Below are positions 56,230 to 64,000 of a DNA stretch of 64,000 nt, one piece after another. The stretch covers positions 2,048,001 through 2,112,000 of the forward strand of contig CBDCXR010000004.1 of assembly GCA_965223845.1 (NCBI GenBank). Reading direction: 5' to 3'. The notes under the pieces were generated by a model that worked only from the letters and a program-made list of their open reading frames with translations, had not been told where the DNA came from and made no database searches. The position numbers and the translations under genes are program-made. This stretch comes from Planctomycetota bacterium. Its GTDB lineage: Bacteria; Planctomycetota; UBA8108; SXIK01. Positions within the stretch are counted from its first letter, which is position 1. Each line of letters opens with the position of its first letter.

Positions 56230-56597
56230 GGGGCGTCCTTTCGACGAGAGATCTCGGAACGAATTCGCCCCGGACAGACTGGGGCGATCCCCTGCGGGGC
56301 TCGAGGCGGATTGTACCCGGCCTCGTCCGCCGAGCGCGCCGCCGGGTCGGGAATTCCCCGCGCGGTTAAACGCCCGTTTACCTTCGCCCCTTAAACTCTC
56401 TCGTGTTCCGACGTCCGGAGGTCGCGCGGGATCGACCGTCCTCCGGCCCGTGGACAGCCTTCTCCGTCTTCCTGGCGGGGCGAAAAACGTCTCGGTCTGG
56501 ATCGCGACTTCTTCCACTCGCCCGCCGAACTCTGTCGAACCCAATCTGTGCTTGCCGCCGTCGGGCCTGTGTCAAAGAAGCAAGTTTGGAGAACCCT

Positions 56598-57464
56598 ATG
56601 ACTCTCTCAAGGAACTGGTTTGGGGCAGCTGTCGTCGTCGCGCTGATCGCGACGACCGTCGCCATCGACGCCGGGCCGCGACGCCACCGCCACCGCCCAA
56701 CCGGCGACCGAGACGGTGTCACGGAAGGTGATCGCGACGGCGAGAGGCGCCACCATCACCACCGGCGCCATCGCGCGCACCCGTGCACGGTCCTCGAGTT
56801 CGACGCCGACGGCGATGGCGCTCTCAGCGACGAAGAGCGGGCGGCCGCCGTGGCGGCGAGACGCGCTGAGCTTCTCGCCGAATTCGACGCCGACGAGGAC
56901 GGCGAGCTGAGTGACGAGGAACGCGCCGCCGCACGCGCGGCGAAGATGGCAGAGCGCGAAGCCCGCATCGCTGCCCGCATCGCAGAGTTCGATGCGGATG
57001 GCGACGGTGAGCTCAACGACGAAGAGCGCGCCGCGGCCCACGCAGCGCGCATCGCCGAGTACGACACTGACGGCGACGGCGAGCTTAGCGACGAGGAACG
57101 CGCCGCCGCTGCCGCCGCCCGCTGCGCCGGCTCCGACGCCGACAACGAGGAGGAAGAGGGCGAAGCGATGGTTCTCGAGCTCGCGCTCAGCCTACAGTTC
57201 CTCCGCGGGGATTCGAACTTCGATGGCGCGGTGAACATCGCCGATGCGATCGACCTCCTCGGGTTCCTCTTCCTCGGCTCGGAGACTCCGCTCTGTCTCG
57301 ACTCGGCGGACGCGAACGACGATGGATCGATCAACATCTCGGATCCATCGGCGACGCTCGCGACTCTGTTCTCCGGAGCAGGGCCGCTTCCGCCTCCGAC
57401 AGGCACTCCGGGCATCGATCCCACCGACGATGCGCTCTCATGCGGGGGTGCTTCGGGTTTCTAA
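56598..57464 (+). CDS. Secreted His-rich protein with four EF-hand-like repeats and C-terminal dockerin-like module
   Basis: GGAGA RBS, signal peptide, RRHHHHRRH, 4x (F/Y)DxDxDGxLxDEERAAA, FLRGDSNFDGAVNIADA...C.DSADANDDGSINISD. Confidence 0.85.
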   Translation: MTLSRNWFGAAVVVALIATTVAIDAGPRRHRHRPTGDRDGVTEGDRDGERRHHHHRRHRAHPCTVLEFDADGDGALSDEERAAAVAARRAELLAEFDADEDGELSDEERAAARAAKMAEREARIAARIAEFDADGDGELNDEERAAAHAARIAEYDTDGDGELSDEERAAAAAARCAGSDADNEEEEGEAMVLELALSLQFLRGDSNFDGAVNIADAIDLLGFLFLGSETPLCLDSADANDDGSINISDPSATLATLFSGAGPLPPPTGTPGIDPTDDALSCGGASGF

Positions 57465-57543
57465 CTGAGCCTCGAGCCGGCGACGGAGAACGATAGAGTC
57501 TCTCGACTGTAGACGTTCCGCCGTCGTGCTCTCACCGCGTACC

Positions 57544-57581
57544 AACGGCCCCTTCACCTCCCTGGTGAAGGGGCCCGTTTT
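57544..57581 (+). terminator. Rho-independent terminator
   Basis: GGCCCCTTCACC-tccct-GGTGAAGGGGCC followed by CGTTTT, between convergent genes. Confidence 0.8.
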
Positions 57582-57661
57582 CCATCGAGAGCTCCGCTCG
57601 TCGCGAAGCGTGATCCGAATCGAAGACGCGTACGCTCCCAGCGAGCGGTCGGTCGTTCAGC

Positions 57662-58990
57662 CTATTTCACCGTCCAGTCCTGAGTGAGCGCAACGCGCCC
57701 GGGGCGGTTCGTCCCGTCGCCTGCCGGCATGAGCACCTCGGCGTAGCAGTTGCCGTTCCAACCGAGCTCGCTCTCGCGGAAGCCGTTGTCGTTCATACCG
57801 GCCGTCGCGTGCACCTTTTCCGAGAGCTCGTTCAGACGCTCTACAAAGTCAACGACGTCGGCTGTCGTGACCGGCTTCGGTGTTTCTTTCGACTGGTTGC
57901 CGCCGAGCGTCGCTTCGAACGCCATCGTATTGGCGAGCGATTCGAGATGCGCCTCGAGGAGCCGGGGATGAGCGAACGTCTTCACCGCCATCAGCTTCCC
58001 GTCGATCGCGTACGCGAATCCGACCGGCGCCCCGCCATCGGCTCGGCTCAAGGTCGAGAAACGGTCCTGGATGTTCTTCGACAGTTCCTCGCGACTCTTG
58101 CCGCTCGATGCAACACCGTCGCCATCAATCGCCGCGAGGAGAGTTCCCGTCGACGGACGTTCTCCCGACGACTGGTTCGCGAGCTCGACGTTCTTCCAGA
58201 CGATCGACTGATTCGCCTCGTACTGTCCGCTCTGGCGCACCATCTTGTTCGCGAGAATGTTCTGGGCCGAAAACCGGCCGCGGGTGTTGCTTCCCGAGCG
58301 GTTCGCGTTCCACCGTCCCTGCTCGACGCAGAAGGCCTTGACGGGAGCCGTCGATTTCGGAGCGACGACCAGATCCTCGCCGATCTGCCGATCTTGCTTG
58401 CCGCCTTTGATGATCGTCCCCGCGCAGATCAAGATCGGCACATCCCCGAGGTTCTCGACGACCACCGTGCCAACCGTCGCGCCGCCACCGGCGGACGCGA
58501 CCTGGGATAGATTCCGATTCCCGTTCTGCCAGCCGGCCGAGCTGGACGATGTCCGGCTGGCTGGAGGGCGCGAGGGTCTCGGCGCGGGGGAAAGGCGCGG
58601 GGCCGGAGTGTTGTCCGCACCCGCCGGTGTGTCGACCTGTGCGCCGTTTCGAGAGAAGTCGTTGACGAGAGTCTGAACCGACGGGGCGCCGTTTTGGCCG
58701 CCGGCACCCGAGACCTCGCGCACCTGCGCGGTCCCTTTCGCCTGCGCGTCCTGAAGCGTGACGAACTCGCCGATGTCGATCGGAGACTCGTCGATCACCG
58801 GCCAAATCGTCAACCGGTCCATGGTCACCGGAGCAGCGAAGAATCGGTTCTCGTCGAGGCGCGCCTCCTCGCCCGCCGGAAGCGGAGCCGGAACCGGTGA
58901 CTCCTCGCGCTCGCGGTTCGCACTGCAAGCGCTGAGTGCGAGCGCTCCGAGAACCGAGAGTCTTTTTCGCAATGAGCTACGAGCCATCAT
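57662..58990 (-). CDS. Lipoprotein with ARPP-1 / DUF6569-like domain
   Basis: GGAGG RBS, lipobox LSAC, 'V.N....PILI.AG.IIKGGKQDR', FCVEQGRW, 'Q..VW..V', G.AYAIDG. Confidence 0.8.
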   Translation of the reverse strand: MMARSSLRKRLSVLGALALSACSANREREESPVPAPLPAGEEARLDENRFFAAPVTMDRLTIWPVIDESPIDIGEFVTLQDAQAKGTAQVREVSGAGGQNGAPSVQTLVNDFSRNGAQVDTPAGADNTPAPRLSPAPRPSRPPASRTSSSSAGWQNGNRNLSQVASAGGGATVGTVVVENLGDVPILICAGTIIKGGKQDRQIGEDLVVAPKSTAPVKAFCVEQGRWNANRSGSNTRGRFSAQNILANKMVRQSGQYEANQSIVWKNVELANQSSGERPSTGTLLAAIDGDGVASSGKSREELSKNIQDRFSTLSRADGGAPVGFAYAIDGKLMAVKTFAHPRLLEAHLESLANTMAFEATLGGNQSKETPKPVTTADVVDFVERLNELSEKVHATAGMNDNGFRESELGWNGNCYAEVLMPAGDGTNRPGRVALTQDWTVK

Positions 58991-59418
58991 GAACCTCCAA
59001 AAACGCGGCTTCGCCCGTGGGAACGAGTGATTGAATCTTCGAGCTCAGCCCGAACTAGACTCGGGCCGACATGTTCGTACGAGCAAAAGCGGAATCTTGC
59101 AAACGGACCGGCGTCACGGTTTTGTAACAAGGCACGCGAAACGTCCCCGTTTCCGTACGCACGAGCCTCCTTCCGGTTCCCGAACCCTCCCCGAGGAGAT
59201 CCGCAATGCGAGACCGTCGCCTCCCCGAGACCTCAAGACGCCGCAGGCGAAGGATTCAATCCGCTCTTCGTCGTATCGCGACTTCCGGGAAGACCGCGAG
59301 ACTGGACAGCTCCGCACGAAATCGGATGGGGCCCACCAGCGGTCCTCGAGGTCAGCCTCCGCGTCGCGACTCCTCGATGATTTCGCCAGAACCGTCTACC
59401 GTTCGCGTCGCGACTCCG

Positions 59419-60750
59419 ATGGCGATGCTTCGGTGTTCGACTGCAAGCCGATTCCTGCGCCGACTCCTCGCGCTCGTGCTTCTCGCGGCGTCTGTCGCCG
59501 GTTGTGCCTCTCCGCCGCGGGCGTATCGCGATCGGCCGAACGTCGTCTTCATCCTCGCGGACGACGTCGGCCAGGAGGTCATCGGTGCGTACGGCGGCAC
59601 GTCCTACCCGACGCCGCGAATCGACGCGCTCGCAGCGAGCGGACTGCGGTTCGAGCACGCGTACGCGATGCCGGTCTGCCACCCGACGCGAGTGACACTC
59701 CTCACCGGACGCTATCCGTTCCGGCTCGGAAATTCGAAATGGGGGACCTTTCCCGAGCACGCCGAGCGCGAGACGATCGCCCACGCGCTCCGCGACGCTG
59801 GCTACGCGACGGCCGTCGCCGGGAAATGGCAGCTCACACTCCTCAAAGACGACGTCGGACACCCGCACCGTCTAGGATTCGAAGAGTACTCGCTCTTCGG
59901 TTGGCACGAAGGGCCGCGCTATCACGATCCACTCATCTGGCAGAACGGATCCATTCGCAGCGACGTCGCGGGACGCTACGGCCCGGACGTCTACACCGAG
60001 TTTCTCATCGAGTTCATGGAGCGGAATCGCGATCGTCCGTTCTTCGCTTTTTACTCGATGGCGCTCTGTCACGACGTGACGGACGACCTCGACGAGCCCG
60101 TCCCCTTCGGACCGCACGGCCGGTACGACAGCTACGCAGAGATGGCCGCCGCCATGGACGAACGCGTCGGGCGCATCGTCGATTCGGTCAATCGACTTGG
60201 ACTGAGCCGAAACACCGTGATCATCTTTACTGGCGACAACGGCACGGCGCGCCGATCGATCATCGGCGTCGAGGATGGGAAGCTCGTTCGCGATCCGGTT
60301 TCCTCGATGCGCGGAGGGGTCGACATTCCGGGAGGGAAGGGTCAGCTCACCGACGGCGGGACGCGTGTTCCACTCATCGTGAAATGGCCCGGCGTCGCTC
60401 CCGCGGGCGAAGTGACGAATGCGCTCGTCGACTGTAGCGACTTCTACGCGACGTTTCGCGCGCTCGCGGGAATCTCCGCTGCGCCCGAGGGGATCCACCT
60501 CGACGCCGTCAGCTTCGCGGACGTGTTGACGAGAGGCGCGAGTGGCGAACGACAGTGGGTGTACGCCGAGCGAGGCGACACCTGCTGGGTAAGAACGCAC
60601 CGCTGGAAGCTCTACCGCGACCACCGTCTGTTCGACGTATCGACGGATAAAGAGATCTCGGCGGATCCGACGAATGCCGACGCGGAGCGCGCACGCACGA
60701 TCCTCAACGCGGCGCTCCGCGAGCTGCGGGGCGGGGCGACGGAGTTTTGA
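59419..60750 (+). CDS. Sulfatase (formylglycine-dependent S1 family), probable lipoprotein
   Basis: PNVVFILADD, CHPTR (CxPxR) LLTGRY, GKWQL, FTGDNG, G.RVP. Lipobox VAGC. Start uncertain (59377-59425). Confidence 0.92.
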   Translation: MAMLRCSTASRFLRRLLALVLLAASVAGCASPPRAYRDRPNVVFILADDVGQEVIGAYGGTSYPTPRIDALAASGLRFEHAYAMPVCHPTRVTLLTGRYPFRLGNSKWGTFPEHAERETIAHALRDAGYATAVAGKWQLTLLKDDVGHPHRLGFEEYSLFGWHEGPRYHDPLIWQNGSIRSDVAGRYGPDVYTEFLIEFMERNRDRPFFAFYSMALCHDVTDDLDEPVPFGPHGRYDSYAEMAAAMDERVGRIVDSVNRLGLSRNTVIIFTGDNGTARRSIIGVEDGKLVRDPVSSMRGGVDIPGGKGQLTDGGTRVPLIVKWPGVAPAGEVTNALVDCSDFYATFRALAGISAAPEGIHLDAVSFADVLTRGASGERQWVYAERGDTCWVRTHRWKLYRDHRLFDVSTDKEISADPTNADAERARTILNAALRELRGGATEF

Positions 60751-60882
60751 TCCGGTCGCTCGGGAATTCGAGTAGACTAGAACGCCTTCGTTCGCAGCGC
60801 GCGCCTTCGAGCGTCCTACAACGAGGCGTTGTGGACACCCGCCCGGCAAATCTCCAGCACCTAACGCTTTTCGGATCGAATC

Positions 60883-61812
60883 ATGCCTCGAGTAAGCTCG
60901 AACTCCGCCCTCAGCATCCTCGTCCTCACGATCGTTCTCCTTGTCGGTAGGGCGGCTGTCCACGCCCAATCGGATCCACGGGTTCTCCTCCTCGGTGACA
61001 GCTGGACACTCGAAACGGCGATCTTCGAATCGATCGAGAACGCGTTCGCGAAGCACGAAATCGACGCCGAAGGAGCGGTGTTCCGCGATGGTACGACGGT
61101 GAACGGCCTCACGGCCGAGGCGCTCGCTGGTGGTAACGTCCTCGAGAGAGCCGTCCGAGCGCTGAACGAGAACCCCACCATCGACATGGTGCACCTGAAC
61201 GTCGGCGGGGCGGATTTTCTCTCGTTCTATAACGGGGAGCGCACCGACGAGGAGTTCGCAGAGTTCAGCGCGTCGCACGTAGAGCACATGCGGACCATCC
61301 TCGCCGCGCTCCTCGACGTTCGGCCGACCATTCGCGTCCTGATCGTCGAGTACGAGTTCCTCCCCATCCTTCTGCCGGATGTCGAGGATTTCGCCGCACA
61401 GCACGTCGCATTCGCGACGTTCGCACGAACACGCATCGACATCGCAAACGAGTTCCCGCGCGCCCACTACTTAGCGAACATGGGACTCTTCCACGCACGC
61501 TTCGGCTTCCCCCCGCACTTCGAAGCGGGAGAGACCCCGTGGCCGGGACAGGCGCCCGACTACGATCCGCTCCCCGGCGGCGATCCGAACTTCGGCGGTG
61601 ACGAACGCTACTGGCGGGACGGCACGCACCCGAACGAGGAGGGCTACGGGGCGCTCGCGGAGCACGCGGTCGACACGTACTATCGGGAGTGGTACTTGAA
61701 TCCGCTTCGGCAGGTAGCGATTCCAGCGCTCGGCCCCTTCGGACTCGCCGCGCTGGCGGCGGGCGCGATCGGGCTCGGGGCGGGGGTGCTGCGGCGACGA
61801 CGCGTGGACTGA
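60883..61812 (+). CDS. SGNH/GDSL hydrolase with IPTL-CTERM-like C-terminal sorting signal
   Basis: Signal peptide, LLGDSW, VGGAD, DGTHPN. C-terminus IPALGPFGLAALAAGAIGLGAGVLRRRR. Confidence 0.85.
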   Translation: MPRVSSNSALSILVLTIVLLVGRAAVHAQSDPRVLLLGDSWTLETAIFESIENAFAKHEIDAEGAVFRDGTTVNGLTAEALAGGNVLERAVRALNENPTIDMVHLNVGGADFLSFYNGERTDEEFAEFSASHVEHMRTILAALLDVRPTIRVLIVEYEFLPILLPDVEDFAAQHVAFATFARTRIDIANEFPRAHYLANMGLFHARFGFPPHFEAGETPWPGQAPDYDPLPGGDPNFGGDERYWRDGTHPNEEGYGALAEHAVDTYYREWYLNPLRQVAIPALGPFGLAALAAGAIGLGAGVLRRRRVD

Positions 61813-61878
61813 GCTGGCCCCCGAACAGTTTACGAGAGAGTCTCGACCGCTCACGCGAGATCGTCGAGAGTTGGAGAG

Positions 61879-62226
61879 ATGGCCAGATACGCGGCCAAGC
61901 TATTGTTTCAGTTCCGGGTCGACGTCGACGGAGATCCTGGAAAACGCCGGCTTTGCGAGGAGCGTATCGTGAACTTCTCGGCTCGCTCGTCGCGAGAAGC
62001 ACTCACAAAGGCGAAGCGACGCGGCAAGAACGCGGAGGACGCGTACCTGAACGGCGACGGGAACACCGTGTATTTCGAGTTCGTCGGGACGATGGATCTA
62101 CTCGAGCTCGGCCTCGAGACCGAGGCCGACGAAGTGTGGTACGAGATGCGCCACCGAATGCGCCCGATGGAGAGACGAAGCGAAATCCTACCGACGGACG
62201 ACGAACTACTTCGTTGCCTCCCCTAA
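61879..62226 (+). CDS. DUF4288-like protein
   Basis: GGAG RBS. Y.AKLLF...CEERIV...A.S..EA..KA...Y.N..G..V.FEFVG..DL...EV. Confidence 0.8.
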   Translation: MARYAAKLLFQFRVDVDGDPGKRRLCEERIVNFSARSSREALTKAKRRGKNAEDAYLNGDGNTVYFEFVGTMDLLELGLETEADEVWYEMRHRMRPMERRSEILPTDDELLRCLP

Positions 62227-62248
62227 GCGACCCGCATCCGCTTCACCG

Positions 62249-63340
62249 TTAAGTCACCCGCATCCGCTTCACCGTCTCCGACCCGTATGCCGCTGCCGAA
62301 AACTCCGCGAGGATCGCCTTGTCCTCCGGGGTCACCGCGATCGATCCACGGAGGATCTTTCGGTTCGCCTCGACGTCGCTCGGGAGCGAGAGTCCGATGT
62401 TGAGCATCGACACCCGGCGGTCACTCGCGACCCATCGGAGCGCCGCGGCGGGCATCTTGCGGCGCTTCGCTTCGTCGAACTCGCGGACGACGCGCAGCGA
62501 GTTGTGGCTCATGATGCTCGCGCCGAAGATCTTCATCGCGACGATCGCCATGCCGAGCTCGTGCGCCTTCGCGAGGCAGAGGTCGCGGAGCTCGACGGAG
62601 CGCGGCGAGAGCATCGTGTCCATGCCCTTTCGGAAGTAGCCGTAGGCGAGGAGGACCTGGTCGAAGCCTCCCGTCGCGATCATCTTGTGAACGGTCTCAA
62701 ACGCGACGTGGGTCGTGAGGCCGATGTGCTTACAGAGCCCTTCGTCGCGGAGTTTCACCATCGCCGCGTGGATCTCCATCGAGCGCTTGAAACCAACCGC
62801 TTCGATCGCGGGGCTGTGGATCTGAAGGCAGTCGACGTAGTCGGTCTGGAGATCCTCGAGACTCTTTTCGAGGCTCGCGCGAACGGCCGACGGATCGGGA
62901 GTGTGGGCTTTCGTTGCGAGGAAGATGTTCTTTCGGTCGCCCTTCAGTGCGCGGCCGAAGATCGTCTCGCTCTCACCGTAGACCCGCGCGGTGTCGAAGT
63001 AGCGCACGCCGGCGTCGTACGCGGCGCGAACCATCGCGACGCGCTCGTCCATCGACGGAAGGGGGACCCCGTATCCGGCGATGAAGCGCTGAACCATCGA
63101 CGAGCTTCCGATGCCGAAGATCGGGAGCGTCCGTCCCGTCTTGCCGAAGCGCCGGAGCGGGAGACCACTCGCCGGATCGCGCGGGTCGTTGGTCGCGGGT
63201 TTCGCGGCCGTTTCGTCGCCCGTCTCCGCGTGGCCGGATCCGGTGAACCCCAGCGTCCCCGCGGTCGCGATTCCCGCGGTGAGAAACTCTCGGCGCCCGA
63301 CTCCCCGTCCGCGTCCCGCGGTCTCGTCTCGCTCGGTCAT
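62249..63340 (-). CDS. Aldo/keto reductase with Tat signal peptide
   Basis: GRREFL twin-arginine motif, R.FGKTG, G.RYFDTA..YG.SE, LATK, SL..LQTDYVD.LQIH, AMK. Confidence 0.9.
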   Translation of the reverse strand: MTERDETAGRGRGVGRREFLTAGIATAGTLGFTGSGHAETGDETAAKPATNDPRDPASGLPLRRFGKTGRTLPIFGIGSSSMVQRFIAGYGVPLPSMDERVAMVRAAYDAGVRYFDTARVYGESETIFGRALKGDRKNIFLATKAHTPDPSAVRASLEKSLEDLQTDYVDCLQIHSPAIEAVGFKRSMEIHAAMVKLRDEGLCKHIGLTTHVAFETVHKMIATGGFDQVLLAYGYFRKGMDTMLSPRSVELRDLCLAKAHELGMAIVAMKIFGASIMSHNSLRVVREFDEAKRRKMPAAALRWVASDRRVSMLNIGLSLPSDVEANRKILRGSIAVTPEDKAILAEFSAAAYGSETVKRMRVT

Positions 63341-63696
63341 ACGAGTGTCCTTCGGTTCGAGTTCGATTCGATGCCCGGACAATGAACGCGCGCCGCGCGC
63401 TCGGGACGACAAGCGGCGCCATCTTATCCCGCACCTCCGCTCTGATTCTATGCTCGCTCCCCTCGCGAAGTCCGGGACCAGGCTCCACCGCGCTAAACAG
63501 AGCTACGTCTACCGAGATTGAGGAAATCGCGAAACTTGGAGCGAGAGCTTCTCGAACCGCAAGGGGATGGCCTCCGCTCGAGCCTTCGTACGCGCAAGAA
63601 CGTTGTAACGGCCCGGCGGCGACCGCACGCCGTCGTTTCACTCGAAGGCTGGTGTTCGTCGCGGCGCGCTGCGCGAAGGTGACCGCTCGGGCGGCC

Positions 63697-64000
63697 TCAG
63701 TCGCCGCCTACGCGCGAAGCGATCTCCTCGGCGCGTCTCGTCGCCTCTTTCGCCGGGTTCGTGACACCTGCGGCGGTCGCCTGGCGCGCCACATTTCGAT
63801 AGGCCGCGAGGCCCGCCGGGTCACCGTCGCGCTGGTGGATCAAGTAGGCCTGGTAGAACATTCGATTCATCCGCTCCTGCGGATTGTTCGCGAGCTCGAC
63901 GGACTCGGTGATGTGCTCGAGCGCAGAGTCGATCTTTCGCGAGTGCTTTTCGAGCATCGCGAGAGAGTAGAGGTCTCGGCCACGGTTCTCCGGAAACTTC
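63697..64000 (-). CDS. Partial (5' end outside window) helical, TPR-like protein
   Basis: The frame is open from the window edge to TGA at 63697-63699 and encodes amphipathic helices. Confidence 0.55.
   Translation of the reverse strand, partial: KFPENRGRDLYSLAMLEKHSRKIDSALEHITESVELANNPQERMNRMFYQAYLIHQRDGDPAGLAAYRNVARQATAAGVTNPAKEATRRAEEIASRVGGD

Overview
GC-rich, gene-dense bacterial DNA. The protein repertoire (planctomycete-type dockerin modules, CotH/lamin-tail, HEAT-VWA, FG-GAP/ASPIC-UnbV, sulfatase, ECF sigma) suggests an uncultured Planctomycetota (inference). It holds about 43 credible CDS, one tRNA-Ala(CGC), no rRNA, no CRISPR array and no recognisable transposase or integrase. Four things stand out. 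(1) A RiPP-like cassette at 33-36 kb: a precursor peptide absent from the ORF track (minus strand 34989-35105, WEAPSV leader motif, C-terminus GCFSF) with its own promoter and 3' stem-loop, plus an S26-peptidase/PqqD fusion, a nucleotidyltransferase and an HprK-like kinase, but no lasso cyclase or radical SAM enzyme. (2) An FG-GAP / ASPIC-UnbV / thioredoxin protein split by a single in-frame TGA (21245-21247) followed by a SECIS-like hairpin, a candidate selenoprotein. (3) A roughly 16 kb contractile injection system operon (38.8-54.9 kb) headed by a membrane patatin and ending in membrane proteins and a ceramidase-like enzyme. (4) Seven dockerin-bearing secreted proteins, one of which also has a cohesin-like domain. 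An orphan small-RNA candidate (9280-9340) and a Cys-rich leader protein upstream of a Met/His-rich barrel protein are also noted. All family assignments come from reading motifs by eye; no searches were run.
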